From Fistulifera solaris (lineage: Eukaryota), in contig AP026146.1 in assembly GCA_030295235.1 (NCBI GenBank), positions 620,001 through 684,000 on the forward strand: a stretch of DNA of 64,000 bases, in the 5' to 3' direction. Below are positions 1 to 12,805 of the stretch, piece by piece (within the stretch, counting starts at the first letter, position 1; the number at the start of each line of letters is the position of its first letter). A program made the translations under genes and the position numbers. Below the pieces are notes generated by a model that saw nothing but the letters and a program-made list of their open reading frames with translations, ran no database searches and had not been told where the DNA came from.

Positions 1-192
1 TAATAAATCGAGTACGAAAACGACACTGCTTTGTTCCCTCATCGAAATGCCTGGGTATGCGACAAATGATGCCGTACTACTTTTGGTGAAAGCCATGATT
101 ACGATGGGAAAAGAAATCCTGCGCGAAAGGCATACTCAGTATCACATGACGGTTAGCATGAGAGACATCGGAATACTTTATTACATTTTGAG

Positions 193-1844
193 TTATTCTT
201 CCATGGCGTCCTCGGCTAAGTTTTCGCACTCGTCCACCAATTGCCTCGAAGTAAGAGCGTTCCTGTATTGTCCAGGAAGCAATTCCAACAAAAGATAAGA
301 TAGATGCGCCTCGATTTGTGCAGCACGTCGTGCTTCCGAATTAGGAGGAGCTCCACGAGCCAACGCTTGCCACACCTCAGGAACAGCAAGGTTGTCACTC
401 GTGACGGCCGCTTCGATCATCTGTCGAAGCTCGTTATCTTCTACAGCGTTACTCCGTAGCCCGCGACGAGCAGCCAGTAGATACCGAGCTTTTGTCCGAC
501 TACTGGTGTATTCCAGCTCTCGTCGTTTTATGCGTCGCAATAGCTCACGCAGGCGATACCCGAGCAAAGATGGCACGGCGCACTCCATATCAAATTGCCA
601 AGGTAGCATTTCCTCTCCATCCCCCATTTTCTTTAGCAGGATATAAGTAATCTTAAGAGGATAAGGCTTGGTGACTTTGACAATGACTTGCTTTTGCAAT
701 AAGGTCGTTTGCAGCTGTGAAAAGGAAAGCGCTCCAAACCCAGTACCTCTTGCAGTACACTGTCCGCAACAACTATGGACTTGTTGTCCGGGTCCATCAA
801 GTTCTTGTCGTTGATATAAACATAAAAAGCCATGATGATTTGTGACATGGTCAACGTAGGAGGAGGGAAATGAAGCTCATTGTCAAGAGGCGGCAGTGGA
901 TTGCCATCGGCCGTCCGATCCTCTCCTTTGCGTTTCTGCTGCTTGGGTGTAACAGGAGTACTATCTGTGCCACTCGTCGCGCCATCTTTCTCAATTGCCT
1001 CCTCATCCACGTCTTGCTCTGGAGTACCATGATGTGGAAACATATGGTTCACCAATAGCGGATGCCGAATGGTGTACCGATCGTTCATGTTGTATCCTTC
1101 CGTGGAGACAATATCCGCATGACTTGAAGGATGCATTTGAATTTGCGCCACGACGGAATGAATCTCCAAATCTGTATCGGGAGGAGTGGGTGGACGATAC
1201 TTGACACACCACGCATGGGAATCATCCGACATGTCTCGTGTCCAGCGCATTTCTTGTTTCTCGGAAAGAAAACAAGTTCGCAAATCGATTTGCGATGGAT
1301 CCGTTAATTTGGGTGTCGTATCTCCTCCAGTCGAGCGTCTAGATGATGTCTTCTTCTTGGGCTGTTGTATAGCGGCCGTGACTGGATTCTTGGGTCGGAA
1401 GACGGTTTGCAACTCAACCACTAGCGATTCCATGAAATGAGTAAACATGTACGCTGGTATAGGCTGATCTTCTTCTTTCTCTCCTCCTTTTGAACGATCG
1501 AGGTCATCTTTCGGAATTCCTCCGTACCCCGTCTCTTGGTCGAATTGAGAGGCACTCTTGTGATCTAAATGCCCAATCAATAAAACTCCCTCCAACTGCA
1601 ATTTAAAATGCTCCGGAATGCCTTGCAAGTAATCCGCTTTCGCATACTGATGCGAAATCCACAACCGCAAATGAGACTGTCGGGTAGGACTCGTTTTCTC
1701 TAACAGATTTGAAATACGGCGTCGTGTTTTGACGGCTCTTGCTTCAATACGACTTTCTAAGTCATCCATTCGTTTCATTTGCGCGGTGAAGGCGGTCCAG
1801 ACTTCCGAAATCGGTGAATCATTCATAGCGATTGCGTCCCTCAT
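193..1844 (-). CDS. SWIB/MDM2-domain SWI/SNF subunit (BAF60/SMARCD/SWP73-like), split by a frameshift near 715
   Basis: ORFs 633-1844 and 193-699 join. SWIB-like segment 'FYVYINDKNLMDPDNKSIVVADSVLQEVLGLERFPF' and N-terminal 'LRLWISH...FKLQLEG' resemble BAF60 family. Confidence 0.65.
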
Positions 1845-2218
1845 CTTCTTTTCTGGCTCTTGAATCTTTCTAGTTGATATTCAAGTGTTTCCAAGGATGT
1901 TATCGGATTCCAAACACACTTTAAACCAGTAACAATGTTTCTAACAATTAATACCTAGGAGAAAATAAATATACCGCTTTTATTAGTGCTGCTGCAGCTG
2001 CAACGGTGGCTATTATTACCGCGTATTTCCCATGCGACAAAAAAGCGACAAATCACATTCCCAGCCATAGTACGTAGCTGGTTTTACATCGTTATCTACA
2101 AACCGTGGAAAATGTCAAAAGAGAATATGAAAAATCCGTCAGTTTGTGAGCCGCACCTAAAACCACAAAACATGACACCTCCGCTTTCAAACTTTCAACA
2201 TATGTAATAAACAAGCAA

Positions 2219-3443
2219 ATGCAAACCAAGAAGATGTTTTATGCAGCTATATCTCTCTTCATCCATTTTTGTATACTTTGCGGTTATGGGGTTCCTGGAT
2301 TTCTTCTGCCGACTTATTTGCTTCAGAGATCATCACGGATTTCTTACTCATTATACGATGATCAAGAAACTGCCATTACCCAACGTGGAGCATATGAAGA
2401 GAGTATCATGAAACCATCCATACCATTACAACCCAATAAACCTAGAGGATCCGGTTCATCGGGTGGATTTGGTGGTCGTTCGAGCAAAGGATCCAAAACG
2501 TCAGCCCTCAAAGAACAAGCCAAAGCACACGCCCAAGTCTTACGTCAAGTCGGTGTGGTTCGTATAGATGACGTCTTGTCCAAAACATTGGCCGATGAAC
2601 TCCGGGAGTTTGTCTATATGCTACGTGATACAGCTAAAACGGAAGTAGCGGAACAGAAAGTAGAACGAAGGCATCGCTTTGCCGACGTTCTCTTGCGAAG
2701 GAATCGGTGTGATTTGACCATGCCTCTGACAGAATTGACGTACCGAGCATTACACGCCTTATTGTGCGAGAGTCCAGTGGGCGCCACTCTTCAAAAATTT
2801 ACTAGGGGATGATGCTGTCCTCTACGAATTTTCATGTTTAATCTCCGAACCGGGAAGTGATCGACAAGTCATTCATCCCGATACACCGATCTTTGGAGAC
2901 GACAATGAGATTCCGGTCTTGTATACATGTTTCGTATCCTTACAAGATATGACTCAAGACATGGGACCCACGTGGTGAGTGATAATATCACTTCATTATA
3001 AACCTCTCTGGTGTGATTGTCTCTCGTCTCGTATTGTTTCTCAACTTTCATCGTTGTTTTTTAGTTGGATGCCTGATACGCATACCAAAGAAGCGCACGA
3101 ATCTTTTCAGATCGAAATACCGAGCGATGGAAATACAGTTAGTCCAAAGGACCAATTGTTAAAGACCAAAGACTCCGTTTTGGGCGTTTTACCCAAGGGC
3201 TGTTGCGGGATTTTCGACTCGCGCCTTCTTCATGCAGGAACAGCCAACCGCAGTGACCAACCACGGGCTATCTTTTACGTCTCTTTCAAAAACCCAAAGC
3301 TAGGGTACCCGGGAAATCCAGCAAGTATTCGCCCTGATTTGAGTGGGAAGCTGAATTTGCGTCAATTGCAAAAAGAGCTCAAGTCTATCCATCAAGGCAA
3401 AGGGAGCATCGCATTAGATGCACTTGCTTCAAAGCAAGTATAG
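2219..3443 (+). CDS. PhyH-like 2OG/Fe(II) dioxygenase, probably plastid-targeted
   Basis: N-terminal signal peptide; HxD motif 'RQVIHPDT' (~2863-2886); 'FDSRLLHAGTAN...RAIFY' distal His/Arg. Intron 2975-3064 (GT..AG). One-base indel near 2795. Confidence 0.8.
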
Positions 3444-3601
3444 TAGAAAATATTTTATAGAACAATTTGAACATTTCTATTCTATTTGTATGATTTCAAA
3501 TTAGTAGCATGGGGTCGACCGTGTGGAAACGATCGGCGCAGTCGGGAAAACGAATTTCTTTGTCTTCGGCGACAACCCAAACTCGAATGGAGATTTTGCG
3601 A

Positions 3602-4960
3602 TTAAACGGGCTGCAGGCTTATCAATCCAACCAAGCGTTCCTCCGTGATCATGAGCTGTCGAAGTCTAGCATAGTCCCCCAGAATAAGTGCTCCGATGAT
3701 AGTTGCCCACGACATCACCATCAACGACAGCAGAATAATCAAGGCCGCATTTTGAGACACATTCATCTTCTTGCTAACGGCATTGGTAGTTCGTTGGGCA
3801 TACGGAGCCAGAGCAATAGCTCCGAACACCTTGGGGATTTTTATAAATTGAGCGGCCACGTATAGGGACGCAAAGACACGGGCAAACTTGCGCACCAAGA
3901 TCATGGTGAGTGACGAGGAGGTGACCAGTGGATCAACGGGGGCTATTCGCTGCCACTGCCAAGCCATGCCGGTTGTGTAAAATAAAAGATTGAACAAGCA
4001 GTAGGACAGAACGCCAGCGCGACCTTTCCGTTTCAGCATTGAGTATTGACGTTTTGCGATTCGTCGAAATCTTCGAAATGAAAACGACTCGAGCGGCATG
4101 CTGTTCGGAAAGAACAGTAACTCATCTTTTCGTTGGATGGGTCTAACTGATTGATCCTTGAGCTGTTGTTCGATCTTGGCAAGGACTTCATCTCGAGGCC
4201 GTGTGGACCGTATTTCGGGGGCAACAACTCTTTGCGCTTCGTCAACTGCAATGGCAGCCTCCAGCTGACTCCTCCTTTCACGCCGGCGCAGATTCCATGC
4301 ATTTTTCCACCATGCTTGTTGTTGCCTCTTTGGTCGCAGTTCTCGCTTCAGCTGCAAGGAAAGGCCGCGAGGAAAGCAAACCGCGCTCCAGCCTGACCTT
4401 TCAAAGATGTCAATATATTCCTTTGTTTGTTCCCCCGTAATCGGTCTCAACAAGACTATTGTAACGTCTTTGGGTAGCCTATGTAAGGCAGCCAGCGATA
4501 ATACTTCCACCATGGCTTGTAAGCTTTCGTTATTGCCCGCGTCTTCCAAGTCTATTGTCAAATTGCCGATACACAAAGGGACCTCTTTAATGTCGTACTC
4601 TTCATCAATCGTCAAGCGAAGATCATCTACGGTGTACAGGGGAAGATAGTTCTCCTTCTTTTGATAGACATATGTTTCTACAACTGCATGAAATAGCGTC
4701 CTTGTTCGAAAGGGTAAGTTACGTCCCCGTTGAGGCAAAAAGTCGAGCAAAGAGAAATGTTTCGTTTCTTCCACAATATTCAAAAAGTCGGAACTCTCCA
4801 TGGCCCTGAAAGGAAGGAAGGTAGAAGTTCGACGTCCGTTTCCACCGTGTAACATCAAATGCGAAGTCAGGCGTGAACCTCGTTGAGACACCAAGGCAAT
4901 TGCGAGTGTTGAAAAACAATGAAGCCAACCAACGGCTTTTAGCATCTTGGAGAATCGCAT
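3602..4960 (-). CDS. Hypothetical membrane protein: HopJ-like domain plus C-terminal FAM210/DUF1279-like TM region
   Basis: Intact 452-aa ORF with signal-like N-terminus. 'IDEEYD...LSLAALHRL...FERSGWSAVCFPRGL' resembles HopJ by eye. About 3 hydrophobic helices at the C-terminus. Confidence 0.5.
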   Translation of the reverse strand: MRFSKMLKAVGWLHCFSTLAIALVSQRGSRLTSHLMLHGGNGRRTSTFLPFRAMESSDFLNIVEETKHFSLLDFLPQRGRNLPFRTRTLFHAVVETYVYQKKENYLPLYTVDDLRLTIDEEYDIKEVPLCIGNLTIDLEDAGNNESLQAMVEVLSLAALHRLPKDVTIVLLRPITGEQTKEYIDIFERSGWSAVCFPRGLSLQLKRELRPKRQQQAWWKNAWNLRRRERRSQLEAAIAVDEAQRVVAPEIRSTRPRDEVLAKIEQQLKDQSVRPIQRKDELLFFPNSMPLESFSFRRFRRIAKRQYSMLKRKGRAGVLSYCLFNLLFYTTGMAWQWQRIAPVDPLVTSSSLTMILVRKFARVFASLYVAAQFIKIPKVFGAIALAPYAQRTTNAVSKKMNVSQNAALIILLSLMVMSWATIIGALILGDYARLRQLMITEERLVGLISLQPV

Positions 4961-5481
4961 GGGAGATCGCAGGATGTCGTTCTTCAGCTTTTACACGGCA
5001 AGGAGAAGGAGAATGGATTCAAAAGCTCCGTGAGGAAAGCGTATGGCACGGCGGAATCACTTTCTTTTGTAAATTACTTGCGATGTGTCCATATGCGAAT
5101 GCAGCGAGACGTGAAGAAATGAAACGATGTTGTTTCTTGCTGACTTTTTTCTTGGTGAGACTTCGTCGGGGAGCTGATGCTGATGCTGATGCTTTCTTCT
5201 TTCCTACATTCTTCACCACACTGCAACGTTGGCACTATCGTAAAGACAGATCACCAATCACATTCATTGTGTTCTTCTTGCTCACCTCATTCGCGCAGCT
5301 TGCACGCGGCTATCAGAACCTCGGCTCAAGTACAGACCGTGTCAAGGTGCACGAAAATCAGAAAACGGCAACAACTTCAACTCTTTCCATTTTCGAAAAA
5401 GGATGATTTTGTTGTAAATCCAGGACATGTTCGACTACAGATCTTGTTCGTCACAAAACATCTCTTAATATATACATCTCT

Positions 5482-6693
5482 ATGAAGCTTACTCCTTGGA
5501 TGACCATGACAACAGGATCCACAATAATCGTTGGCCTCAATAGTGCTCTTCAAAAGAGATTCATTCTTCCTCCCGATGGTCAGTTAGTGCCCGGAAATGT
5601 ACACAGAGCCCGTTCCGTGCAGCTCGGCGTAGGAGGAAAAGGACAAGATGTGGCGATCACTTTGACGTGTTTACAGTATAGTGGAAGCGTAAAATTGGCG
5701 CAGTTTGTGGGAAGTGGTGCCGAAGGAGACGCGGTGTACCGAATGATGGTCGATCTCATGGGAGAAGATTCGATGCAACTGACGGTACGCCCCGCCGGAA
5801 GCATGCGGACGTGTACGAGTATTGTAGCTGCGAATAGCACAACGGAATTGGTAGAACCAAGTGACTTGATAGAGGAGTCGGAAGTGGCGGAATTGTTGTC
5901 AAAGCTGTCGGCCGAAAAGGCCTCGGCGCTTTGTTTCTCGGGAAGTATGCCGCCCGGATGCCCGACTGATACGTACGCCAACATATATAATATTGTAGCG
6001 GGTGACCATACCATCTGTTTGATCGATACTGTCGTGGGCTTACCTGAACTTTTGCGAGCCATCTCGTTGAAACAAAGACACGGACAAACCATGCTGAAAA
6101 TTAACGCCTCCGAACTTTGTCGACTGGCCGGTGTGGAAACCACAGGAGCCGAGACGAACGGAATATCTTCGCCGGAAATAATGACTGCTATCAAAACATT
6201 TCTTTGTCAGCACAAACCTTATGCACAACAGGCGCTGAGTGCCATTGCTATCACCGACGGAGCACACCCAGCATATCTAGCTACAATGCCCGTCGCCGCC
6301 GAAAATGAATTTCGAATATTCCAGATACCGGTTACCAACTTACTGACCGAGAAGAGGCCATTGCCGTGGGAAACCTGGAGCAGAGGAAGCTCGACGACAT
6401 TGTATCCAATTGGAGCTGGGGACGCTGTTGCAGCCGGAACACTAGCGGCTTGGAAATATTTGAGCAGTGATGAACGGCATCCTTCGTCTCTTCCACATGA
6501 ATTAAGCGCTGTTCTCAAGGATGATAGAGTCCCTTCCACACGCGCACTGTTGTCGGCGTTTTCTTTCGGGTTAGCGTGTGGAACAGCCAGCTGCCTCCAA
6601 GAACAAAATTCAGTGCTGAAGCCTCAGGATGTGTTACATTTCTTCAACCGGGGAGGTCGTCCCGCATTCCTGGCATGTGATGTAATATGCTAG
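5482..6693 (+). CDS. PfkB/ribokinase-family carbohydrate kinase
   Basis: 'GVGGKGQDVA', 'SGSMPPG', 'KINASE' and 'PIGAGDA' PfkB motifs. Confidence 0.85.
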   Translation: MKLTPWMTMTTGSTIIVGLNSALQKRFILPPDGQLVPGNVHRARSVQLGVGGKGQDVAITLTCLQYSGSVKLAQFVGSGAEGDAVYRMMVDLMGEDSMQLTVRPAGSMRTCTSIVAANSTTELVEPSDLIEESEVAELLSKLSAEKASALCFSGSMPPGCPTDTYANIYNIVAGDHTICLIDTVVGLPELLRAISLKQRHGQTMLKINASELCRLAGVETTGAETNGISSPEIMTAIKTFLCQHKPYAQQALSAIAITDGAHPAYLATMPVAAENEFRIFQIPVTNLLTEKRPLPWETWSRGSSTTLYPIGAGDAVAAGTLAAWKYLSSDERHPSSLPHELSAVLKDDRVPSTRALLSAFSFGLACGTASCLQEQNSVLKPQDVLHFFNRGGRPAFLACDVIC

Positions 6694-7331
6694 TGGTTAT
6701 TTTGTATTTTTACAATGTTTTAGCTATTACTCGGAGTACTCTCTAGTTCTTTGCGACATCAGCTTAGTCTGGCGTCGAGAATATCGATTATCATGCGACT
6801 TCCCGATGACTGATTCCCTAATCGTCTGGTTCACTCTACTGAAGCCAAAAGAAATGTTGTTACTAGCTACTAAAACGGAACACGTACGTCCGTCGTGTTA
6901 TTCGCCAGAATCGGAATCGGAACTCCGCCGACGAAAGAATAATTCTCGACTCTCCACTGGATGAAACTCCGTAATCTTACCGGTACTCCTATTTCACATC
7001 TGTTTTCACAGTATACCGCGTAAAGTGGTATCGCCTTTAAACTACCTAATGAGGAAACCTGATTTCTTGTTCTAAGAAATTTGGAGGTCGGTGTCAGCGG
7101 GGGGGTGTCGTGAAGTTCAAAAACGGGTGCAACCAAAATCATTTTCACGACACGGCGACGCAGGTCTGAGAACTAGTCGAGGAATTGGTTCATTCGTATC
7201 GGCGACGCGATACTCGTCCAAACAAACTGAATTCATATCCCGTTCCAGTACTGCGACAGACGTTCTGCCGCAATTGGTGGAACGGCAAGAGCCTGAGGCG
7301 CAAAAGACTTGTACAGAAAAAGCTTGAAAGA

Positions 7332-8632
7332 ATGAATTATTCTACGAATCAACACGAAGCAGAGCACGATGAGGACGATCTTCCTTTTGCTTTATCACAA
7401 GAGGAGCCACTGCCAATTTCTCAACAAAGTGCGCACACATCCGTTGCTTCGAATTCATGTTCATCGCCATCGTGCCACGCAATTTCTTTTGAAGCAACAA
7501 GTTCGGCGCTGCCGCAACTTGCTTCCTCTATTCTCAGCAATCCAACCGACGGAGAAAGTCAGCATTCTTCTCCGGCACAAAGTGAATTGTATACATCCGC
7601 GTCACTTTCTCATGCCGATTCTCGCTGTTTAGACGCTGCAGCGTCTCTTCTTTTCCCAATTCATCATTCAACATGTCGAGTTTACCTTTCTCGCATCTGA
7701 GTCGGACTATTGCTGATTCAACATCGTTGTGCAGCACATCAGACACCGACTTTTCTCAACTTTTGAAACGAGCCGATGCATCAGTGAAGTCACCACGCTC
7801 TGTGATACGGACTATGCCGGCATTACCCGAGGACACGTCTTCTTACAGTCCGACCGCATCCGCCATCAGCAGTCCGCCAACGTTGCCTCGTACTCCTTTA
7901 TTCTCGTCACCCAACAGGATACAACCACAGACAACGATAGTGGAAGGAATGGCTTCTACCATACACACGGATCAACGCTTGGCATCACTCGCCGGAGCTA
8001 CTGCGAGACGCACTGCGGCGAATTCGTTTGTGGTTGCCATTGAAATCATGTCGAATGAAAACAGTATCTTGGATATCATTGGGAATCCTACGATGTTATG
8101 CATGTGGTGTGATGCCGTGCCATCACTGATTGTGACAGAATGCAATGCATCTGCGCGGCGAGATCGACAGCACGATGCAGAATGGATGGAAGCTACGACT
8201 CCGAACGTGATTCCTCCCCCCAACTCGAGCTGCATGTATGCGCTATTTCGGACCATACAAAGTTCCTTGGGCTTTCCTTCGTTTGGTCGTATCACAATGC
8301 TGGTCGAACGACAGCGAAAGCAGGTGGCAGTTACGGTTGGTACATTCGATGGGGGTATTGACGTGTATCACAAATTGGAAGTGCAGCCGCTGTCGGGTGG
8401 GAAAGTGCGCGTAACCGATGACGTTCGATTGCAATTTAATGATGAAAGTGGCACTTGGAGCTCGTTGCAATTGTTCTTTTACCGGATTTAGGGGATCACA
8501 TGAATCAAGCCGTCAGTAGCATGGCTCGACTTCGTTTTTTTGGTGGAACGGGGCGAAAATCCAGCGCGTATCGGCTACACTCCACCAGTACTTCCTAATG
8601 ATGATGGTGATGATATGACACCACTCTTGTAG
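7332..8632 (+). CDS. Hypothetical protein (Ser-rich N-terminus, globular C-terminus), frameshifted
   Basis: Consecutive same-strand ORFs 7185-7700 and 7673-8491 joined at T-runs (~7650, ~8480, ~8540); no family recognised. Confidence 0.45.
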
Positions 8633-9090
8633 AGAATAATGAATCATCCTAGGATATAGAAGTTGTAAATTGGTTATAAAAGGACGTGATCTTCTAGAGG
8701 ACCTGAGTTGGTGCAGGACCTTTGATGATTCAGGACTGAAATGCAGTCGTGAAGATAGTCAGCTTACATTCTTGCTCATACAAAACCGATTTAACCGTCG
8801 AAGATCGTATCGGTACTGATAATTACATATTCCGGCACAATTTACGGTATACAGCAGTCCTCAACGTTCTTTTCAAACCATTGTTCGACGCAAAAATGAC
8901 GACCGACAACGACAAAGATCATGATGATGAACAACAACGACAACGACAACAAGCCAAAAGCAAACCAGTAGTTCCTTTTGCTTCCAAAAGACTAGAACTT
9001 CGTTTATGGTTGATTCTTTTCTCTTTCAAAGCTTCTCAACGATAGGATTGCGCAATAGAACAGTCGTTACACAAGTATAAACAATCGATC

Positions 9091-10389
9091 ATGTCAAGAG
9101 CCACCGATGCCGCCGTCGGTGAGTTTGTGCGGTTATTGTGAATGCGCTTATAAATGAATGCCTTTGTCTATTTCTTCGCTTACTCACCTTCTCTTATCAC
9201 TACCTTGAATCACGTAGGCATGATGGACGCGGCTTATTTCATTGGACGTCGCGAATTGTTGGATTTTTTCAACACGTTACTCGAACTCAATTTAACCAAA
9301 ATTGAAGAGACAGCCACTGGTGCTGTTGCTTGTCAGATGACGGAAATGATTTTTCCGGGAAGTATTCCTATGGCTCGTGTCAATTGGGAAGCTCGTTCGG
9401 ATTACGAATTCGTTCAGAATTACAAATTGTTACAGAATGCTTTCAATAAGCATCATGTACAAAGGTACGTAGACGACAAGGAAAGGATGTGCTGAGGGTT
9501 CTCAAAAGGACCTTGTATCATTTAAACTAAACATCTCATGTCACTCTTCATTATCTGGCAAGATTCGTGGATGTCAATAAGCTAATACGCGCCAAATATC
9601 AAGACAATCTCGAGTTCTGTCAGTGGCTCAAAGCGTTTTACGATCAATCGGGTGTCTTTCGTGATGATTATGATCCCATGGCAGTCCGTGCGAAAGGAAA
9701 GGGTGGAAAAGCCTATAATGCCAAATTGAATACGAAACGAGGAATCAAAGCCAAGCCACGTCCGGCCGGGCATTTGGGGATCCCCAAAACCAATCCTGTT
9801 GTACCCAAACCGGAAGCAGCCTCGAAACCTGTCATGACAACACGACCCCATCGTCCCATTCGCCCCCGCTTGAGTGAAGAGAGTGACGATTCCCTTTTGA
9901 TAGACACTAAAGAATCGATCGGCGGACCCGCGAACGATGCACTCGCGAAAGAAAACGAGCGATTGACTGAAGAAAAGAATGCCCTCGTAGAAGAAAATGA
10001 AACGTTGAGCAGTCAAGTGGCCGAATTGACCTTGACCGTCACAACCTTGGAAGAAGCCGTCCTCGAGACCGAACAAGAACGTCAGTTCTACTTTGACAAA
10101 TTGAGGAACGTCGAAGTGTTGTTGCAAGTGTATCAAGAAAGTAGCACCAGTCATGATGTCGAAACGAGTGCTTTGATGGACAAAATCTTTAAAATATTGT
10201 ATGCGGTACGTGATATTAGTGTTTGTTCTGGCGAAAGTGTTTCGAAGTATCTTGGTTATGATTCACAACTTATTTTCTGCAATTCGTTTACCTGGATAAC
10301 AGACAGCAGAAGACAATTACACTGTCAATGATGACGGAGAAGTAGTTGTTGCGAGCCTGGATCATTCCAATGAGGATGAAAGCGTTTAA
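9091..10389 (+). CDS. EB1: Microtubule end-binding protein EB1 (RP/EB family), 4 exons
   Basis: CH domain 'GRRELLDFFN...NYKLLQNAF...QDNLEFCQWLK'; EBH 'ERQFYFDKLRNVE...IFKILYA'. GT-AG introns at ~9119-9217, ~9465-9562, ~10207-10302. Confidence 0.93.
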
Positions 10390-10465
10390 TAGAGTATTTT
10401 GCATTGTCCTCTGTGCTGTTGATTCGTCGCTTAAATATCTTTAGTAGTTTGCTTAGGAATACTTA

Positions 10466-12473
10466 CTATTCGCAGTCGGTTGTGTCGTTCAACCACCTCA
10501 AGATTGCTTCTTCGACTTGTATAGCATAAGCCTTGACATCCGCTATGGCCGCATCATCCTCGGCCCGATCATGAGCTTGTTTGTAGCCAGGAACAATTTG
10601 AACTCCGCGTTGATCATCGCGTCGTTTGCTTTGATACACACGATGGGCGTAGTCCTGTTCTAGTTGAATCAAGGTCCTTAAGTGATTTTCGAGCCACTCA
10701 TTTTCAGAAATTAAATCGTCCAGAGGAAACTCGGTTTGTAGGAAGAACCTTTGTATAGTCCAATCATCGACAGTCGTTTCCCATGGACACGGTGGCCATT
10801 CCACATTACTTGTGTTGACGAGTTCCGGTGGCATGATCGAGGACGCTAACTCCAACTCCCATAGATTCGTGCCGTTTCGTCGAAGTCCACTATCAACAAG
10901 AAATCGCCATAAACCTCGCAACGCAAACATTTGAATGCAATTCGTGTACGCTTCCACACCGGCCAAACGTCCTTTTTCGGACAATCGATTGGCACCTAAA
11001 CCAGGAATTTCGGTTTCCGAATAAATGGACCCCGATGATGCTGGCGATAGCAATGCTTGTCGCGCGTGCCAACAGAGACTGAGCGTTTCCGCGCGCAGGA
11101 TCTTCCACCCCGTATAATCCCAATGCCGTTGGGCTTTCCGACGCGTGGCATATTTGGCTTCATTCCGCGCCAGTGTGTAAGGCGAACTCCGCAACAACCA
11201 CCCCGGCAGAATATCGTTGCCTTCTCCGCTCGCAACAATCAATGAAAAGGGCATGGTCACACGTTGGGGCGACAGAGTAGTCCCGGCTGCTACCAACGTA
11301 TAAGGCGCGGAAGAAAGATCGACTGGGAATTTAATGGCCGTCGACAATCCCCAAAAGACACCTTCTCCCGCCGTACATTCCTGATCGGGCAATCGGCCAG
11401 TATGATTCGAACCAACGTTGGCACCATATCCGACATTCCCCCCGTCCCAGTGGCCACAGACATCCGATTAATAGTGATTGATGATGAGCGTTGGTGTTGG
11501 GTCCGACGATCGACGCATGGACTTCTCCCGCCGATACATGTACGTCGGGACCGAGAATCGTCGAAACGACCAAACTGTGCGGACCGGCTTGCGCTTCTTC
11601 CATAAGCAACGTGTCCGTGACCGAGGAATGATCTACAATGGAGGCATTCCATTGCAACATGACATTGTGAACCGTGGATCCCGAAGCGATCTTTGCTTGG
11701 GGCAACAAAATGGCATTCGAAATAGAAGTAGCACCTTGTATAGACGCGTGCGGGTGCAAATAAATGGATTGAAGTGTTGGTGTATCTCGCACCAAGGCAT
11801 GTTTGTCAACAATATTCATATGAATCATCCCGGATGGATGTGTCGTCGTATGCAAAGCCGAGGCTTTCATTTGCTGCACGACGTCTGGCATATCAACTTC
11901 GGGATGTACAGTAATAGGCCGTCCTCCTCCTCGTTCGGCACCGACGGTAATCGTCATGAGACCTAAATGATCATTGGAAGACCAATCGATGGTTCCGCAA
12001 TTGATGATGGTCGCAAAAGGACCAATATAAGTGTTGCAAATGGATGTATTGCGATATACTTTGGCTCGCAAATCAATGATGGAATTCGAAATCAACAAGT
12101 TAGAGTGCAAACCGGGAGGTAGTTTCTTTAAAATACACGTCGAAATTTCCGCTGAGTCATCTTCCTCGTCTCCTAAAACTAGTATAACAGTAGCAGCAAA
12201 TCGAGTCTCCTTGATGGCATGAGACAGACTGATTGCGTGACTTTCGTTGATTGTTGCCGCCGATGTCACCAAACGCACATGATTCCAATCTTCACACGAA
12301 CAGGACTGCTGTTGCAGTGCATCAATTTCGTTCGGAAATAATCCGCGCATTGATTGTTGCTCCGAGACGCTTTGATTGGTCGAAGAGGACCTGGCGAGTG
12401 CAAGCCACTCTTGACACGCTGCGATGCGTGTCGTTCGTTCCTTTCCGCTTTGCAGAAAATCGGGATGTGTCAT
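10466..12473 (-). CDS. DUF4954-family protein (left-handed beta-helix-like), split by a frameshift near 11440
   Basis: ORFs 11331-12473 and 10466-11392. 'EIDALQQQSCSCEDW', 'AHHQSLLIG', 'GNVGYGANVGSNH' (across the shift), 'GEGVFWGL...IKFP', 'FSLI', 'RNEAKY'. Confidence 0.7.
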
Positions 12474-12805
12474 TTTTCAAGTCGTCTTCTTTCGAATGAA
12501 ATAAAACGAAATAACCAGAAGGTCAGAAGGAAAATTGTTTGAATGAACTTTCTCGTCTTTTCAATGACTTTTCTTGGAAGTTATGGATGTGCCGCAATAA
12601 AAATGCGAAGGTTGACGATAAATAGTTTATGACTCTATGATAAGTAGTACCGACAAATGTCGCACAATCATTTTTACTAGAGAGGTGTCGAACTTTTTCT
12701 TACAATGCAAGTATTTTTTTCTTCTTTGCGCGTGTAGTTTCATTAGTCGATAGATTCAACAAACAAACAAACAAATGCATGCCCCTGTCATTCATACAAC
12801 AAGAA

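Noticed and set aside
5580..6194. Numerous 60-200 aa ORFs antisense to or overlapping real genes
   Set aside because: Shadow ORFs without family motifs.
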